A DNA stretch of 64,000 nt from Pseudovirgaria hyperparasitica. Its lineage: Eukaryota. A model generated the notes under the pieces. It was not told the origin of the DNA, made no database searches, and saw nothing but the letters and a program-made list of their open reading frames with translations. The stretch lies in NCBI GenBank assembly GCA_010093815.1, contig ML996567.1; one strand, written 5' to 3'. A program made the translations under genes and the position numbers. Below, one piece after another: positions 1-12,716 of this stretch (the first letter of the stretch is position 1; the number at the start of each line of letters is the position of its first letter).

Positions 1-620
1 GGTGTAGTTCTCCGATGTGTCTGAGTCGTCGTCCTGTCTATCATTAGCATCGGCATGGTATGACGATGGACGCTCACTACTGCATCGTCCTCGTCGGAGT
101 TATCCTCTCGTTTTCTCTTGCCTCCCCTTCCTCCGCCTCTGCTACCGCGCCCTCGCCCACGTCCCCTTCCTTTTGTACCAGTCGGTGTCATGCCGGCAGC
201 AGACGTGCTTGTACCGTTTATGCTTTCACCATTTGCGAGCGGACTTCCTGCGGTTGGTCGACCACCTCTTCCTCCACCACGTCCACGCGATGATAGCACA
301 GGCTGAGCAGGTGTACCTAACCGGTCGCTTGTAACCATGTTCTTCAGTATCGACTCCCTCGCAGCTTCGTAGCCCGGTGTCCCTGCTCTTGCCGCATTTG
401 CGCCCACGACTCTCTTCAATATCTCCTCCGTCGAAGCGCTATATTTGGGGAAATCCGCTGGCGAAGACGGGCCGGTTCCGCCATTTGGCTTCCCACTCGT
501 CATCGAACTGGAGAGTGACATCAAGGGCGAGGGCGACGACCAGGTTGCTCTTGTACTGCTTGAGGCCGTAGCTAATTGCTGCGCCGTTGCTGTTGAAGGC
601 GCAACCGAGCTGTTCTGCAT
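1..620 (-). CDS. Partial (3'-truncated by window) nuclear protein with RGG and acidic tracts, resembling the N-terminus of fungal Phf1/Phf2-like PHD-finger proteins
   Basis: Not in ORF track because it runs off the window. Minus frame from ATG 620: MQNSSVAPSTAT...YSASTEEILKRV...GTPGYEAARESILKNMVTS...RGRGRGRGSRGGGRGGKRKREDNSDEDDA, then a GTGAGC..GCTAAT..CAG intron, then DDDSDTSENYT. The PHD domain itself is not in the window, so the family call is inference. Confidence 0.6.
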   Translation of the reverse strand, partial: MQNSSVAPSTATAQQLATASSSTRATWSSPSPLMSLSSSMTSGKPNGGTGPSSPADFPKYSASTEEILKRVVGANAARAGTPGYEAARESILKNMVTSDRLGTPAQPVLSSRGRGGGRGGRPTAGSPLANGESINGTSTSAAGMTPTGTKGRGRGRGRGSRGGGRGGKRKREDNSDEDDAVVSVHRHTMPMLMIDRTTTQTHRRTT

Positions 621-1298
621 GGATGCTGAAGATTTGGCGCTATTGAATGGACGTGGATCCAGAGGAGATCAAAGGTTTGAGAGAACTGAACAGATGCATG
701 TGGTATCTTAAGGTCTGGCAGAGCTGTAGAAGGCGCTGCTGATCCTTGGTCGCGCACGCCTTGGGTCGGCTTGGAGTTGCTGTGGGTCCGTCGTCCTTTG
801 GAGGCTTGAGAGGCGAGGCGGGCGGCCGCTTCCCCGATGAGGTAACTACCACAGCGGCTGTAGCTGCCAAGAGCTATAGTTTATGGCTCTGTCTTTCACT
901 GTGTTTTTTCTTCTCTAGAATGGTGTTCTAGTATTTGAAGAACAGACTAAACATAATTCTGTGAAAGGTTCACCGGTCACATACTACATGCATGGAATAA
1001 TGCTCGGTCAGGTGGAAAAATCTAGCAAGGTCTGACCGGAGCTGATATTCACTTTATCTCTTCTACATAAGTGAAACAATAGCGGGCTTAGCTTGGTACA
1101 ATTCACCGAGAGGGTTTTATTCCAATTTGATAGTCAAATAGAGAAATTATCATTATGTCAAAGACTGTTGTTTCTCTTACGAATCGCTCGAGAAGGAAAT
1201 CGTCAAAACTGGGATATCACTCATAACGTCGTAAAGCATACCGTAAGTCGTGAATCGTCGCTATCGTAAAGAGTTTAGTAATACTTTTAATGCGGCAG

Positions 1299-3229
1299 TC
1301 AAATTCGTCCAGCACATATGTCGTCCCAGACATCCATAAGCGCGTCGGCGTCTATAAGTTGTCAGTCGGCATTACTCGAATGGGCTGAATGATGAGCTAC
1401 CATCAGGGTATGTAAATTCCAATTTGATCCACCCAGTCGTACTGAAGCGTAAACCGTAGGTTTCATGAAAAATATATGGATGTAGTTTTCGAAGATATAC
1501 GACAGACGGATTGATACGTTTGACCCAGCCAGGCTCGTTGACATATTCATTCAAGAATGCTCTGCAACAAAATGTCAGAGACAGGTCTTGTCGCAGGAAG
1601 TCCCTATACTTACGTCCATATGGGACAGACCTTCATACGGCCTCGTTTTGCTACTCATTGTTAGCTTATAGCTTGAAAATGGATTGATAAGACATGCGTG
1701 TGACTTCAATTCGCAAGCAACTGGAGTCGAAATCTCTCCATATACGCATGATATGCCGAAGATTTTCATTCTGAATCTCCCCACTCCAACATAGAGACTC
1801 ACCCCCCTGTAGAGGAAACTCGTCAAGCGCCATGGGATACAGCGTTGGGTCCTGCATTTTCATAGCCACGATGACGCAGAAGAGTAGCACCATTCCTGAC
1901 TTGTAAGCATAACTCTCAAAACATAATTTTGAACGTACTCTCGTGACAGGAAAACTTTAGCCTGGCCCAGATGTCATGTTTACCGTCGTACTGATTGATT
2001 CGTCGAAGCTGTAGTGCTGAGCCCGCCCGCCTAATTGTCAGAGAACTCAGAGCCATGATGTACCAATGTCGCTCACGCTGCCCCTTTTCAGTAAAGACGA
2101 TACGGGCACGCTTGTCTCCAACTCTGTAGAATAGAAGAACCTTGGCACTACTTGATTCGAAGGGTCTAGAAGTCTCAATCAACTGTGAATCAGTTGCATG
2201 TGGTAATACTAACAATTCCAGGACCTTGAACGAGTTTTCACGATGTAGGTCTAAGAGAAGGCCGGGTTGATGGGTGCCATAGCACCTCGTTCTAGCAATA
2301 CTTAGTAAATGGCCGTAGCAGACTTATATGAAAGCTCACGGTTCGATATCGTAGGGTAGAGGGTGAACTGGGTGCTGTCCATCGAAAATCCTCCTAGCCC
2401 AATGATTTGGCTCTGCGAGCAAGGAACCTGATCCAGTGCCATAAGTGTGTGTCGTTGAAAAAGATTGCGAGGACGAGTTGGAATAAGTTGGCGACAAGGG
2501 AGCTGGTTCTGGGATAGGTGGTGGGTATGATGCAGGAACGTGGGAAAAGTTGATCGGCCTACGGTTGATTGCAAGTGGAGCTGTTAAGGCCAATAGTCAG
2601 TAAACCCTTGCTTGAAAAGTTCTGAGATAGTTCTAGGAGATTCGAAGTCTCACGTAATGTAAATTGGTACGATTTCGCCGTGTCTTCTGGATCGCCCTCC
2701 TGTTTCAACAGTAAACGATCGAGACGAGCTCGGTCTTTTTCCATGTCGCGGCTATGAGCGCGGTGGTGTCTGTCCAGGGTCAACAATATGTCATCCATGC
2801 TATAGTCCGGAATGATTACCCTCTCGCTGTCTTGACAATGCCCTCGATAAACCTTGCGTATAGAGCAAGTCGTCCTAGAAGGTTCATTCCTTCTCGCATG
2901 AAAGCAGACTGCAGATCCAACCATATGATTCGATAATGCCTGGCAGCTTGGCCATTGTAATATGCCGACGGATCCGTGACTGCAAATGCATCGCGGCAGG
3001 TACCAAGCGTATACATTAAGCTTGGGATGACCAAGTCGAGATCAGATCTCACGTCATGACGTAGACAGTCGCAATTCTCCAGAACATGGAAAGAGGTGGT
3101 GACTTGATAGCAGATTGACATACAGTTCGAGATATCCGGTCTGAACTCGGCGACATTTGTTTTGAAGACGACTAATCCGTAGGCTGTATCCTCGGTCTCT
3201 TTGATCACTCTCCCCAGTGGCCAGACCAT
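1299..3229 (-). CDS. Multi-exon fungal hypothetical protein
   Basis: Short minus ORFs join through introns: MVWPLGRVIKE...; NHWARRIFDG...; WARLKFSCHE; MVLLFCVIVAMK...; EVTPKRGRMKVCPIWTAFLNEY...; LEFTYPDDADALMDVWDDICAGRI* (TGA 1299-1301). One intron is GC-AG (1651-1697). Some internal junctions were not resolved. Confidence 0.75.
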
Positions 3230-4439
3230 CCCTCCGCCCAACGTGGCTCGGCACGCACTGCTTAGCCTTATTGAATGGACGTCGTCAAGGAGTATACAAC
3301 GAAAAGTGAGAAAAGAGTGAGGCGGAGTCGCGCGTAACCCCTCGTAGCATGACCCAATTCAAGACAAGAGACGCGTGCGCGCAGAGACAAACATTGCGGC
3401 TTCACCAGGAGGAGGCTGTTTTTTTTGTCGGCAGTGCACGTGTCGACTGGTGAGAGGCCAGCGAGCTTCGTTGTTGGCTGGGGTGCGCCAGGGCTCTGCA
3501 CATATGTTGCGACGTCTCGTACAGACTCGACAACAGACGCTTGGTTGCCTGTGGTTTTTTGGGTTGAGAGATTCGTGATCCCTACTGCGCTAATTCGAGG
3601 CAGCCTGCGATGCGATCAGACATTCATCGTCTTTCGTAATAACGACGATCGGAAAGAAGAGTTGTCGACCGACTGTTTGCCGCGCCGGCTTTGGCTACCG
3701 CGCCGCGCTGAGTCGCGCAGGATTAGATCCGCTTGCTTGCATGCATAGCTCTTAGGCCGCTGATGAAGCTCCCAAGGCGAGCTAATAAGCTTCTATGGCC
3801 ATAGTCCTGGATAGAACACGTCCTCGAAAGGAAATTATACAGGAGCAAGGGAAAAGACGAAGGCCAGAATGGACGGAAACGGACAATGGTACTTTGAAAG
3901 CACGATAAACCGCGGAATCTGGGAGGATTTGGGTGAGAGCAACAGAGACTCTAGCAGTCAAAGCAAAAACATGACAAAGAAATCGGTCGTAAACCTACCA
4001 CCTGTCAAGAAGTCATTAAAAAACATTTATCAAGGCGTTTTACTTGGCTCAAGTGCGTCTTGGGGCTTGTTATTGAGGTGGTGCGACTGTCGACATTTGG
4101 AACCACGAGCAGCAGGAAGCTCGTAATAGTGTCACTGAGATCATCTTCAGGTTCCGTGGGGCATGAAGTCTTTAAAGCACGAAAACTCTTAGGTGCACTG
4201 CCATGAATTTGCTCAACGGCGGCGAACCCAGACCTAGATAATATACGTCTTTGCAAGCCTTGCATCGCTGCGCCACAATCCACTACAGGCGGCGTCCTTG
4301 GTGTTGTGGTCTGTTCGCCCCCTGTTTTCAGCATATTTAATTGGTGTCCGGCTGTGTGTCCAACATCATTCTACTGGGTTATCGATCCTGACAGTGGTAT
4401 GCACTATATCATTTCGCTATATTGTGGTTTGACCTCGAC

Positions 4440-5260
4440 TCAGCTAGGGCTGGCTTCTTTCAACTTCTCCGAAACAATGCGCTCGATCATCTTCTCGAGG
4501 ATCGCAGGTCCACTACCAGCTATCGACTCCTCCATATAGCCTGCTACACTTTTCTCGACGTACTTGCCCACCATGTCAACTTCGACGTTGACGTCCTCCC
4601 CAGCCTGCTTCCTGGCTGTCACAATCTTCTCTTGCGTGTAAGCGATGAGCATGACCTCCCACCAACCGTCAGCGCCATCTTGGACCTTCGTCACAGTAAG
4701 GCTTGCCCCATCAAGCGTGACATATCCTTTTTCCACGATGTAGCGCAGGACGGATTTGTCTCGCGGCTGTAGGCGGAAGGTCAAGGCATTGCCATCTGGC
4801 GTGACGGACAAGACCGTAGCTATTGTGTCCACATGGCCTTGCACGAAATGTCCGCCCATTCTTGTCTCAGAGCTAACCGCTCTTTCCAAATTCACAGTTG
4901 AGCCCTGCTTCAAGGACCCCAGATTCGTTCGGCGCAGGGTTTCGGGGGCTACACCAACTTTGAAAGAGGATTTGTCAAAGCTGGTCACGGTCAAGCAGGT
5001 GCCTAGAATAGTCAGCAAGTTCGCGCAAATTCAAACAGAGGGGCCCACCATTGACACTGATGCTGTCTCCAAGGTGACAGTCTCCAAGAACAGGTTCAGC
5101 ATTTCCGATAGTAAGTGAGGTTCCGCCTCCTCCGCTGGACGACTGATCAAGCTGCTCAAGTGCAGCAACAGCTGACTTCCGTTAGCTTAGCTGAAGTTCT
5201 TGCGGAAAGCCTCGTGAGATCGAACGTACTGCCAATAGTCTCTACGATGCCAGTAAACAT
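4440..5260 (-). CDS. RIB5: Riboflavin synthase (alpha chain), 3 exons
   Basis: Diagnostic MFTGIVE start at 5260; two short introns join to GDSISVNG/TCLTV, VNLERA, MGGHFVQGHVD, KGYVTLDGASLT and VNVEVD. Confidence 0.97.
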
Positions 5261-5593
5261 CTTCTATGGTGTCCTGAAGGTTGACAGATTGTTAGTCTGC
5301 GTCACTAATTGTTAGTGACGCCATATCGAAGCACGGAGCACTTTTTGAAGCTACCCCACCGACCTCGGCTTGTCCAGCTCGGGATCCGGACTTCGCTTCT
5401 GTTTGCTCTCCAACGCTCTACATCTGATACCACGATACCATTGGTTTATACGGAATTGCACGTCGCTCACGTATATTGAATCTTCGATTTTATCGTAGCC
5501 GCCTGCATGTCAACGTTGTGAAGACCTCTTTCTGCTACTGAGCGCTCTCCTCCTGACCCTTAGCTAATCTATCACTTGATCTCTGCATTGTTG

Positions 5594-7370
5594 ATGTCGA
5601 ACACATTTCTTGGCCCTACGCGGCTCTGTGGCGTGGCATTTAGATCATCACTATCATATAAACGAGCTTCGTTACAAAACAATAGCTTTCGAAGCTTTGC
5701 CTCAGTGTCTAATGCAGATGCCAGCCTACCCCTGGCAGGCATTAAGGTGCTGGACATGACCAGGGTCCTCGCTGGAGTAAGCACTCTCTAAACAGGCTTC
5801 CATTATGCTCATAAATCTCAGCCGTATTGTACACAAATTCTTGGAGATTTGGGGTGAGTTCGAGATTCCGGAATGCAAACCCTTTGCAAGCACGGCCATT
5901 AGGCCAAAATTCTCCAATCGAGGGGAGTGTCGATTTATGTGATTGAATGGCTGTTAACTCTTCTTATGATGACTAGTGCAGAGATCATCAAAATTGAACA
6001 TCCTACGAGGGGAGACGATACGAGAGCATGGGGTCCCCCGTATGCATCATATAAAGCAAGCTCACAGAAACAAGGCAGTGGCGAAAGCGCCTATTTCTTA
6101 GGGGTGAGTAGACCAAGAATAAGTTAAAAAAAGTGAGACTGACAACTATCAGGTCAATCGTAATAAGAAAAGTTTGGGGCTCTCATTCCAACATCCGTCC
6201 GGAGTCGACATTCTCCACAAATTAGCCAAGGAATGTGACGTTCTAGTTGAAAATTACCTACCAAACTCATTGAAGAAATATGCCATGGATTACGAAACAC
6301 TTTCAAAGATTAATCCTCGTCTCATTTATGCAAGTATAACCGGGTATGGCCAGAATGGGCCACTCAGCGCCAAGGCTGGGTACGATGTAATGGTTGAAGC
6401 GTAAGTAACGACTCGAATTTTGAACGCAATCGGCTAATTGCTCACAGAGAAATGGGTCTTATGCACATTACTGGTGAACGAGACCGGCCACCGGTCAAGG
6501 TTGGAGTTGCCGTGACTGACCTGACCACGGGCCTATACACTTCCAATAGTGTGATGGCAGCGCTTCTAGGACGGGCTAAGACCGGCAAGGGCCAACATAT
6601 TGATGTCGCACTCAGCGACTGCCAAGTAGCCACGTAAGTCCCAGAACCTTAGGGCATAGGAATCACAACTGATTTATGACAGCCTAGCAAACATTGCCAG
6701 CTCAGTGCTCATCAGTGGAAAGAAAGATTCCGGACGATGGGGAACTGCCCATCGTAAGTTTCGTCCTCCTGAATGATGTCCATTTTCGTAAATCGAATAG
6801 TCTAACACGATCACTAGCCTCTATTGTACCATACAAGGCCTTTGGGACATCAGATGGCAACATCCTCGTCGGTGGGGGAAACGATCGGTTGTATGGCATT
6901 CTATGCGAGAAGCTGGGAAAACCCGAATGGATCAAGGATGAACGATTTGTGAGTAACGCCGTCCGTGTCAAGCATCGAGAACTTTTGGAGGATATGATCG
7001 AGGCGGAGACAACGAAGCGCACGACACAAGAATGGCTTGATGCGTTCGAAGGTAGTGGTATGCCATACGCCAAGATTAATGATGTCAAGGAGACGCTGGA
7101 ACACGAGCATGGTAAGCACCTGCAGAATCTATATTGGTGGAATGATACTGATTGCAGCCAGTGCAAGCGCGCAACATGGTTGTCGAAGTCGAACACCCAC
7201 ATTGCGGAACGTTGAAGATGGTTAACACACCGGTGAAGTTCTCAGATGCAAAGCCAGGAATCAGGACTCCTCCTCCGGTGCTTGGGCAGCACACGAACGA
7301 GGTTCTTCGCAGCCTTGGGTACTCCGAAAGCGATATCGAAAGTTTGATCACGGAAGGCGTGATTGCATAG
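5594..7370 (+). CDS. CaiB/BaiF family III CoA-transferase (SUGCT-like), probably mitochondrial
   Basis: Spliced PLAGIKVLDMTRVLAG/PYCTQILGDLG/AEIIKIEHPTRGDDTRAWGPP, DVLVENYLP, INPRLIYASITGYG, GYDVMVEA, GVAVTDLTTG, PPVLGQHT. Arg/Ser-rich presequence-like N-terminus. Confidence 0.95.
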
Positions 7371-7762
7371 TTCGAGGGTGAGAACCATCTACGCTTCTCG
7401 AGGACACTGTATATATGTGCCTGTATAGATATTGGACCTACATATAGAGTCCACATGGTAGGACACCATCTGAGTAGCTGGCTTAGCTGTTAGGAGTTAG
7501 AGTAAGGCCAGAGTCTAGATATTACTCCATAGTCCTGTACGTGGTGGTTGAACAACAAGCCTAGGTGGACCCTGACCCTGATTTCTCTAGCGCCTTCTTA
7601 CGATTGGCTAGGCTAGATGGAGGCACGGGCATTTTAACTTTTTCTGTCGCGACGACGTGTTTGCCAGAGTCTCGGCTATACTCGCAGTATCCTTCTCTTC
7701 CTCTCTTCGCAGACCGAACTCTGCGTTATTTTACAAGTCATTCTCTAAACCTTCCCTTCGCT

Positions 7763-9129
<1,367 letters not shown>

Positions 9130-9645
9130 GCGGGTATAAAAAAATGATGGGGCTATTCCTTCACACACTCCGCTACATTTCCCCTCTGCTGGCAACCCTG
9201 TTTTTGACAGCCGGAACTCGAGACAGGATCGTGGCCTTGGCTGTTGGATAAATGCACTGCACTGCACACACAACAACAACAACAAACATATGAGCCGCTG
9301 CGTGACATCCTTCCGGCGTCTGGGCGAACGAGTAGTTCACGACACTTCAGGTGGTTATACACTTACTTCATGATGACGATATATATATGTCGGCTTCTCG
9401 TATATGCAGACTGCCGAAGAAACTTAGATAACATAGCGTCTTGTACTGAAAAGTGAATCTTCTCGCGCTGCTAACCTCTCACGTAAAAATAAAGATTGCT
9501 GCTATTAATTGATACGTACTGCGATCAGCTTCGTGCAGCATTCTAGCATTATCCAAGCCAAGACGCCTCCTTGGTATGTAGTATTCACCCAATGAGTCTA
9601 TTTTTTACATGGATGCAACCAACCCACACAACACACATTGCACGC

Positions 9646-11955
9646 CTACCAACTCTCCCACTTCTGCCCTCCCATTGCCACCAACCGATTAAACAGCTCA
9701 TCCCGCAACGGACACGCCGTAACCCTCCACTTCGCACCTTTCCGATCGACAATCTCCACCCCATCACTCACCTCGCGATCCAGCGCCCACCCAACCACCA
9801 GCTTCGCCTTCCACCCATACCCACCCACCTTCTTCATCTCCCTGATATCCGCAACAGGGATACTCCACAGCGGATGCAGATCCTCGCGCTGCTCACTGCC
9901 CACCTTCTCAATCGTGCGATCCGTGCTAAACGCCACACACGGGATGGTAGCCTTGGTCGTGACGTACACATGGCCCTTCCTGCCATCGAATCGTGCCTTG
10001 AAGTCCACCGGCCCGGAGATCGCCACGGCGCGCGTCCACTCTACCACCCCGCGACGGTTCTTGGCCGGTGTGCTACCCGCCGCAGCCTTGAGTTTGTCTG
10101 CGCCTAGCGCCGTCTCGACGCCTGCTTTCGTGGTGCCGCGGAAGAAGTTCAGGATCTTGCTGCCCTTTTTGCCATGCTTGCTTTCCTTGGATGCGTCAAT
10201 GTCCGCGCCACCGGTTTCGTGTGGGACGGCTGGGTCGTGGGCCATGGCGGCGTCGAGTTCGGCTGGGGTTGCGTTGAGTGGGGGCTCGGCGCCTGTGGCG
10301 CGGAGTTCTTGCTCGCCGATGTCAGTGGGGACTTCAGGGGGTGGTTCTCTGGTGCGTGGAGGTGGAGGGAGGGGAGCTTTGTTTGCTTCGCCGATGCGGA
10401 GAAGGGTGATTGTGAGTTGGGCGTTTGTTGGGACGCCTTTGAGGATGGTATTGCGGACTTCGAGTAGCTTTTGCCAGTTAGGGAAGGTATTGTTGAGCCA
10501 GGCGAGGCCGGGTTGGAGGATAGGGTCGCCGAAGAAGGAGAAGCCTAGGATGAAGGTGGAAGCTTTGACGAACATGTAAGAGGTGATGAAAAAGGAGACT
10601 GCGAGGAGTGGAACGATAAGGGAGGCCAACCGGAGGCGGTGGATAGAGCGTGGAAATGGTTTCGTGGGTGAGAGGGCGCTGTGGGATGTAAATTGAATTG
10701 TTTGTGGAAACAGGGGGTTGGGATTACTCACTTTCCAAATCGCTCCCAGGTATCTGTGACATCGGCCAGGCCATGCATAACGGGCCTCATTTTCGTCCAC
10801 ATGGCAGTCTCCATGGGGACCTTCGTCTTGTCATGCTGTGCACTGGGCGAAGCACCCGAAGCCCTGTCTTTTGCGTCTGCCGCTCCAATTGCAATAGCAG
10901 TAGGATCTGGGACGGCCACCGGGTCTGCCGGGCCATCTTCCGCGTCTGGCTCACCCTGTGGGTGTTTGCCTGTGGCGCTACTCAGTGCTACAGAAGCGAT
11001 TCCGTTGACGAAGTTGCTAGCCTCAGCTTCTACAGCCTCACCCTTGTGGTTCTCTGGGGCCCCGGTAGCGCTGTCAGTGCTGCCTAAAACACCGGCTTTG
11101 GGCTTTTGTACGCCTCCAGTCTTCGAGTTGACAAGCGCGATAGGAGCAGGGGGAAAGAGGAACTCGCGGGAGGGCGGGTAAGCGATGAGCACTATTAATG
11201 TGGTTGATATCGTAGGCATCAGTAGGTCGAAAAGCCATGCGACGAAGTATACCTGCGCGGTTTAGCATTTTCCGAATGTGTACAATACAGAAACTCACAG
11301 TGCAAAACCATGCCGTTCGCTTCGTCTCTCGCCATGATCTGAGCCGCACAATGTGTTTCATAAAAGCCATAAGACCAATACCCTACACCGATGTCAGCAC
11401 AAAATTATATTCACATGTAGGATTCGACCTACGATGGTCATATACAGTCGCTCTATATTACTGCGCAGCTTATCGGGCGAGAACTCCTCCTCGTCCGCGA
11501 TGTTGAGATCTAATCCCCCTGGAACTGCATACGGATATTCCTTGACGTGATCTATTCAATATTAGCACTTCGTCAAACCTTCTATAACATCCTATCTTAC
11601 ACATTTGCTGTCCACGATTAGCCTATGTCGTCAATCCACACCTGCTAAACAAACATACCTTATTAAACCGCCTAATCAACATCCATAATTCGTCATTCTG
11701 TATGCCACCAACAAGAGGTGCCGGTATCTTACTCGGCGGCTCATGCCAGCCCAAGTCTGCCACATCTTCATCGTGATTGGCATTATGCACCGCTCCCTTC
11801 TCGTGCTCTTCTGGCTCCGCAGTCGCAAGCGCATGGCTATCTGTAGGTCCGTCATGGAGAGAAACATCAGGCTCGGTGGGTACACCGCCGGGCGGTGTGT
11901 CCACGTTATCAGGGAGAGGCAGGAAATCCATTATTGCAGGACTGGCCGCCGTCAT
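9646..11955 (-). CDS. DUF3292-family membrane-associated protein, multi-exon
   Basis: LVGGIQNDELWMLIRRFNK, FSPDKLRSNIERLYMT, HIVRLRSWRETKRT, GVLGSTDSATGAPENHKGEAVEAEASNFV, KGVPTNAQLTITLLRIGE, C-terminal RDELFNRLVAMGGQKWESW. Confidence 0.85.
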
Positions 11956-12306
11956 ATTGAGTCAAGTCCTGGCCTAGCTAATGATATATCACCGCTAGTC
12001 AATCAGGTACTTGTGAGCGATAGTGTAGTATGTCGTGAGGAGCGATAATGTATAGGTTAGAGCGAAATGACAGGGCGTAGGGTAGTAGTCGAGGACGTGG
12101 AGGGTGGTTAAGACTGATAGAGTGTAGAAAGCAACGAAGGCTTGCGGAGTCATGGTGAGCAAAAAAGAAGCCTAAGACAACGAGAAGGCCTATGGGGCCC
12201 ATGGCAAACGGGAGAGGCGCAGGCGTGAGTGAACTGATTGGAATTCGCGCGCCCAGGTGAGTGAAAGTGGCTGAGGTGTGAACAATTACTTCAATTACTG
12301 TCAATT

Positions 12307-12314
12307 TGACGTCA
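12307..12314. promoter_or_regulatory. Perfect CRE palindrome TGACGTCA upstream of the DUF3292 gene
   Basis: Exact motif ~350 bp upstream of ATG 11955; binding by an ATF/CREB-type bZIP factor is inferred only. Confidence 0.35.
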
Positions 12315-12716
12315 CCGCGACTACGGCTGCCCGCCTCCCCCGCCAACCCGCGTCGGGTGTAGATCCGGATCCCGATCGATCGTCCGTTTATCGATCTACG
12401 GATTTGTGCTGATTCCGTTTTCGGCGAACTTGTTATCAATCTGTTAATTATTCAAGTTCATATAGATAGACGACTGCTAACTCTCACAATTCTGGTCATC
12501 TTCAACGTGCCGCAGATGACGCTCCCAATTGAATTTCCAGTGTAGCAGACCTGCAAATGTAAGCCTCCTCCAGCCATAAATAAGCCCCCTTATCATCGAT
12601 AATGGTAGGTGAACGGGCCACCTGTGAAGATAAAAATGATTTCATTCGTCGCTCCCAAGAGGTATCAAACATCTAAACACAGTCCCAGAACGCCACCATG
12701 TTGCAAACGTGGATGC

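Noticed and set aside
9571..10579. Long + strand ORFs (178 aa and 313 aa)
   Set aside because: Antisense shadows of the GC-rich DUF3292 exon with no recognisable motifs.
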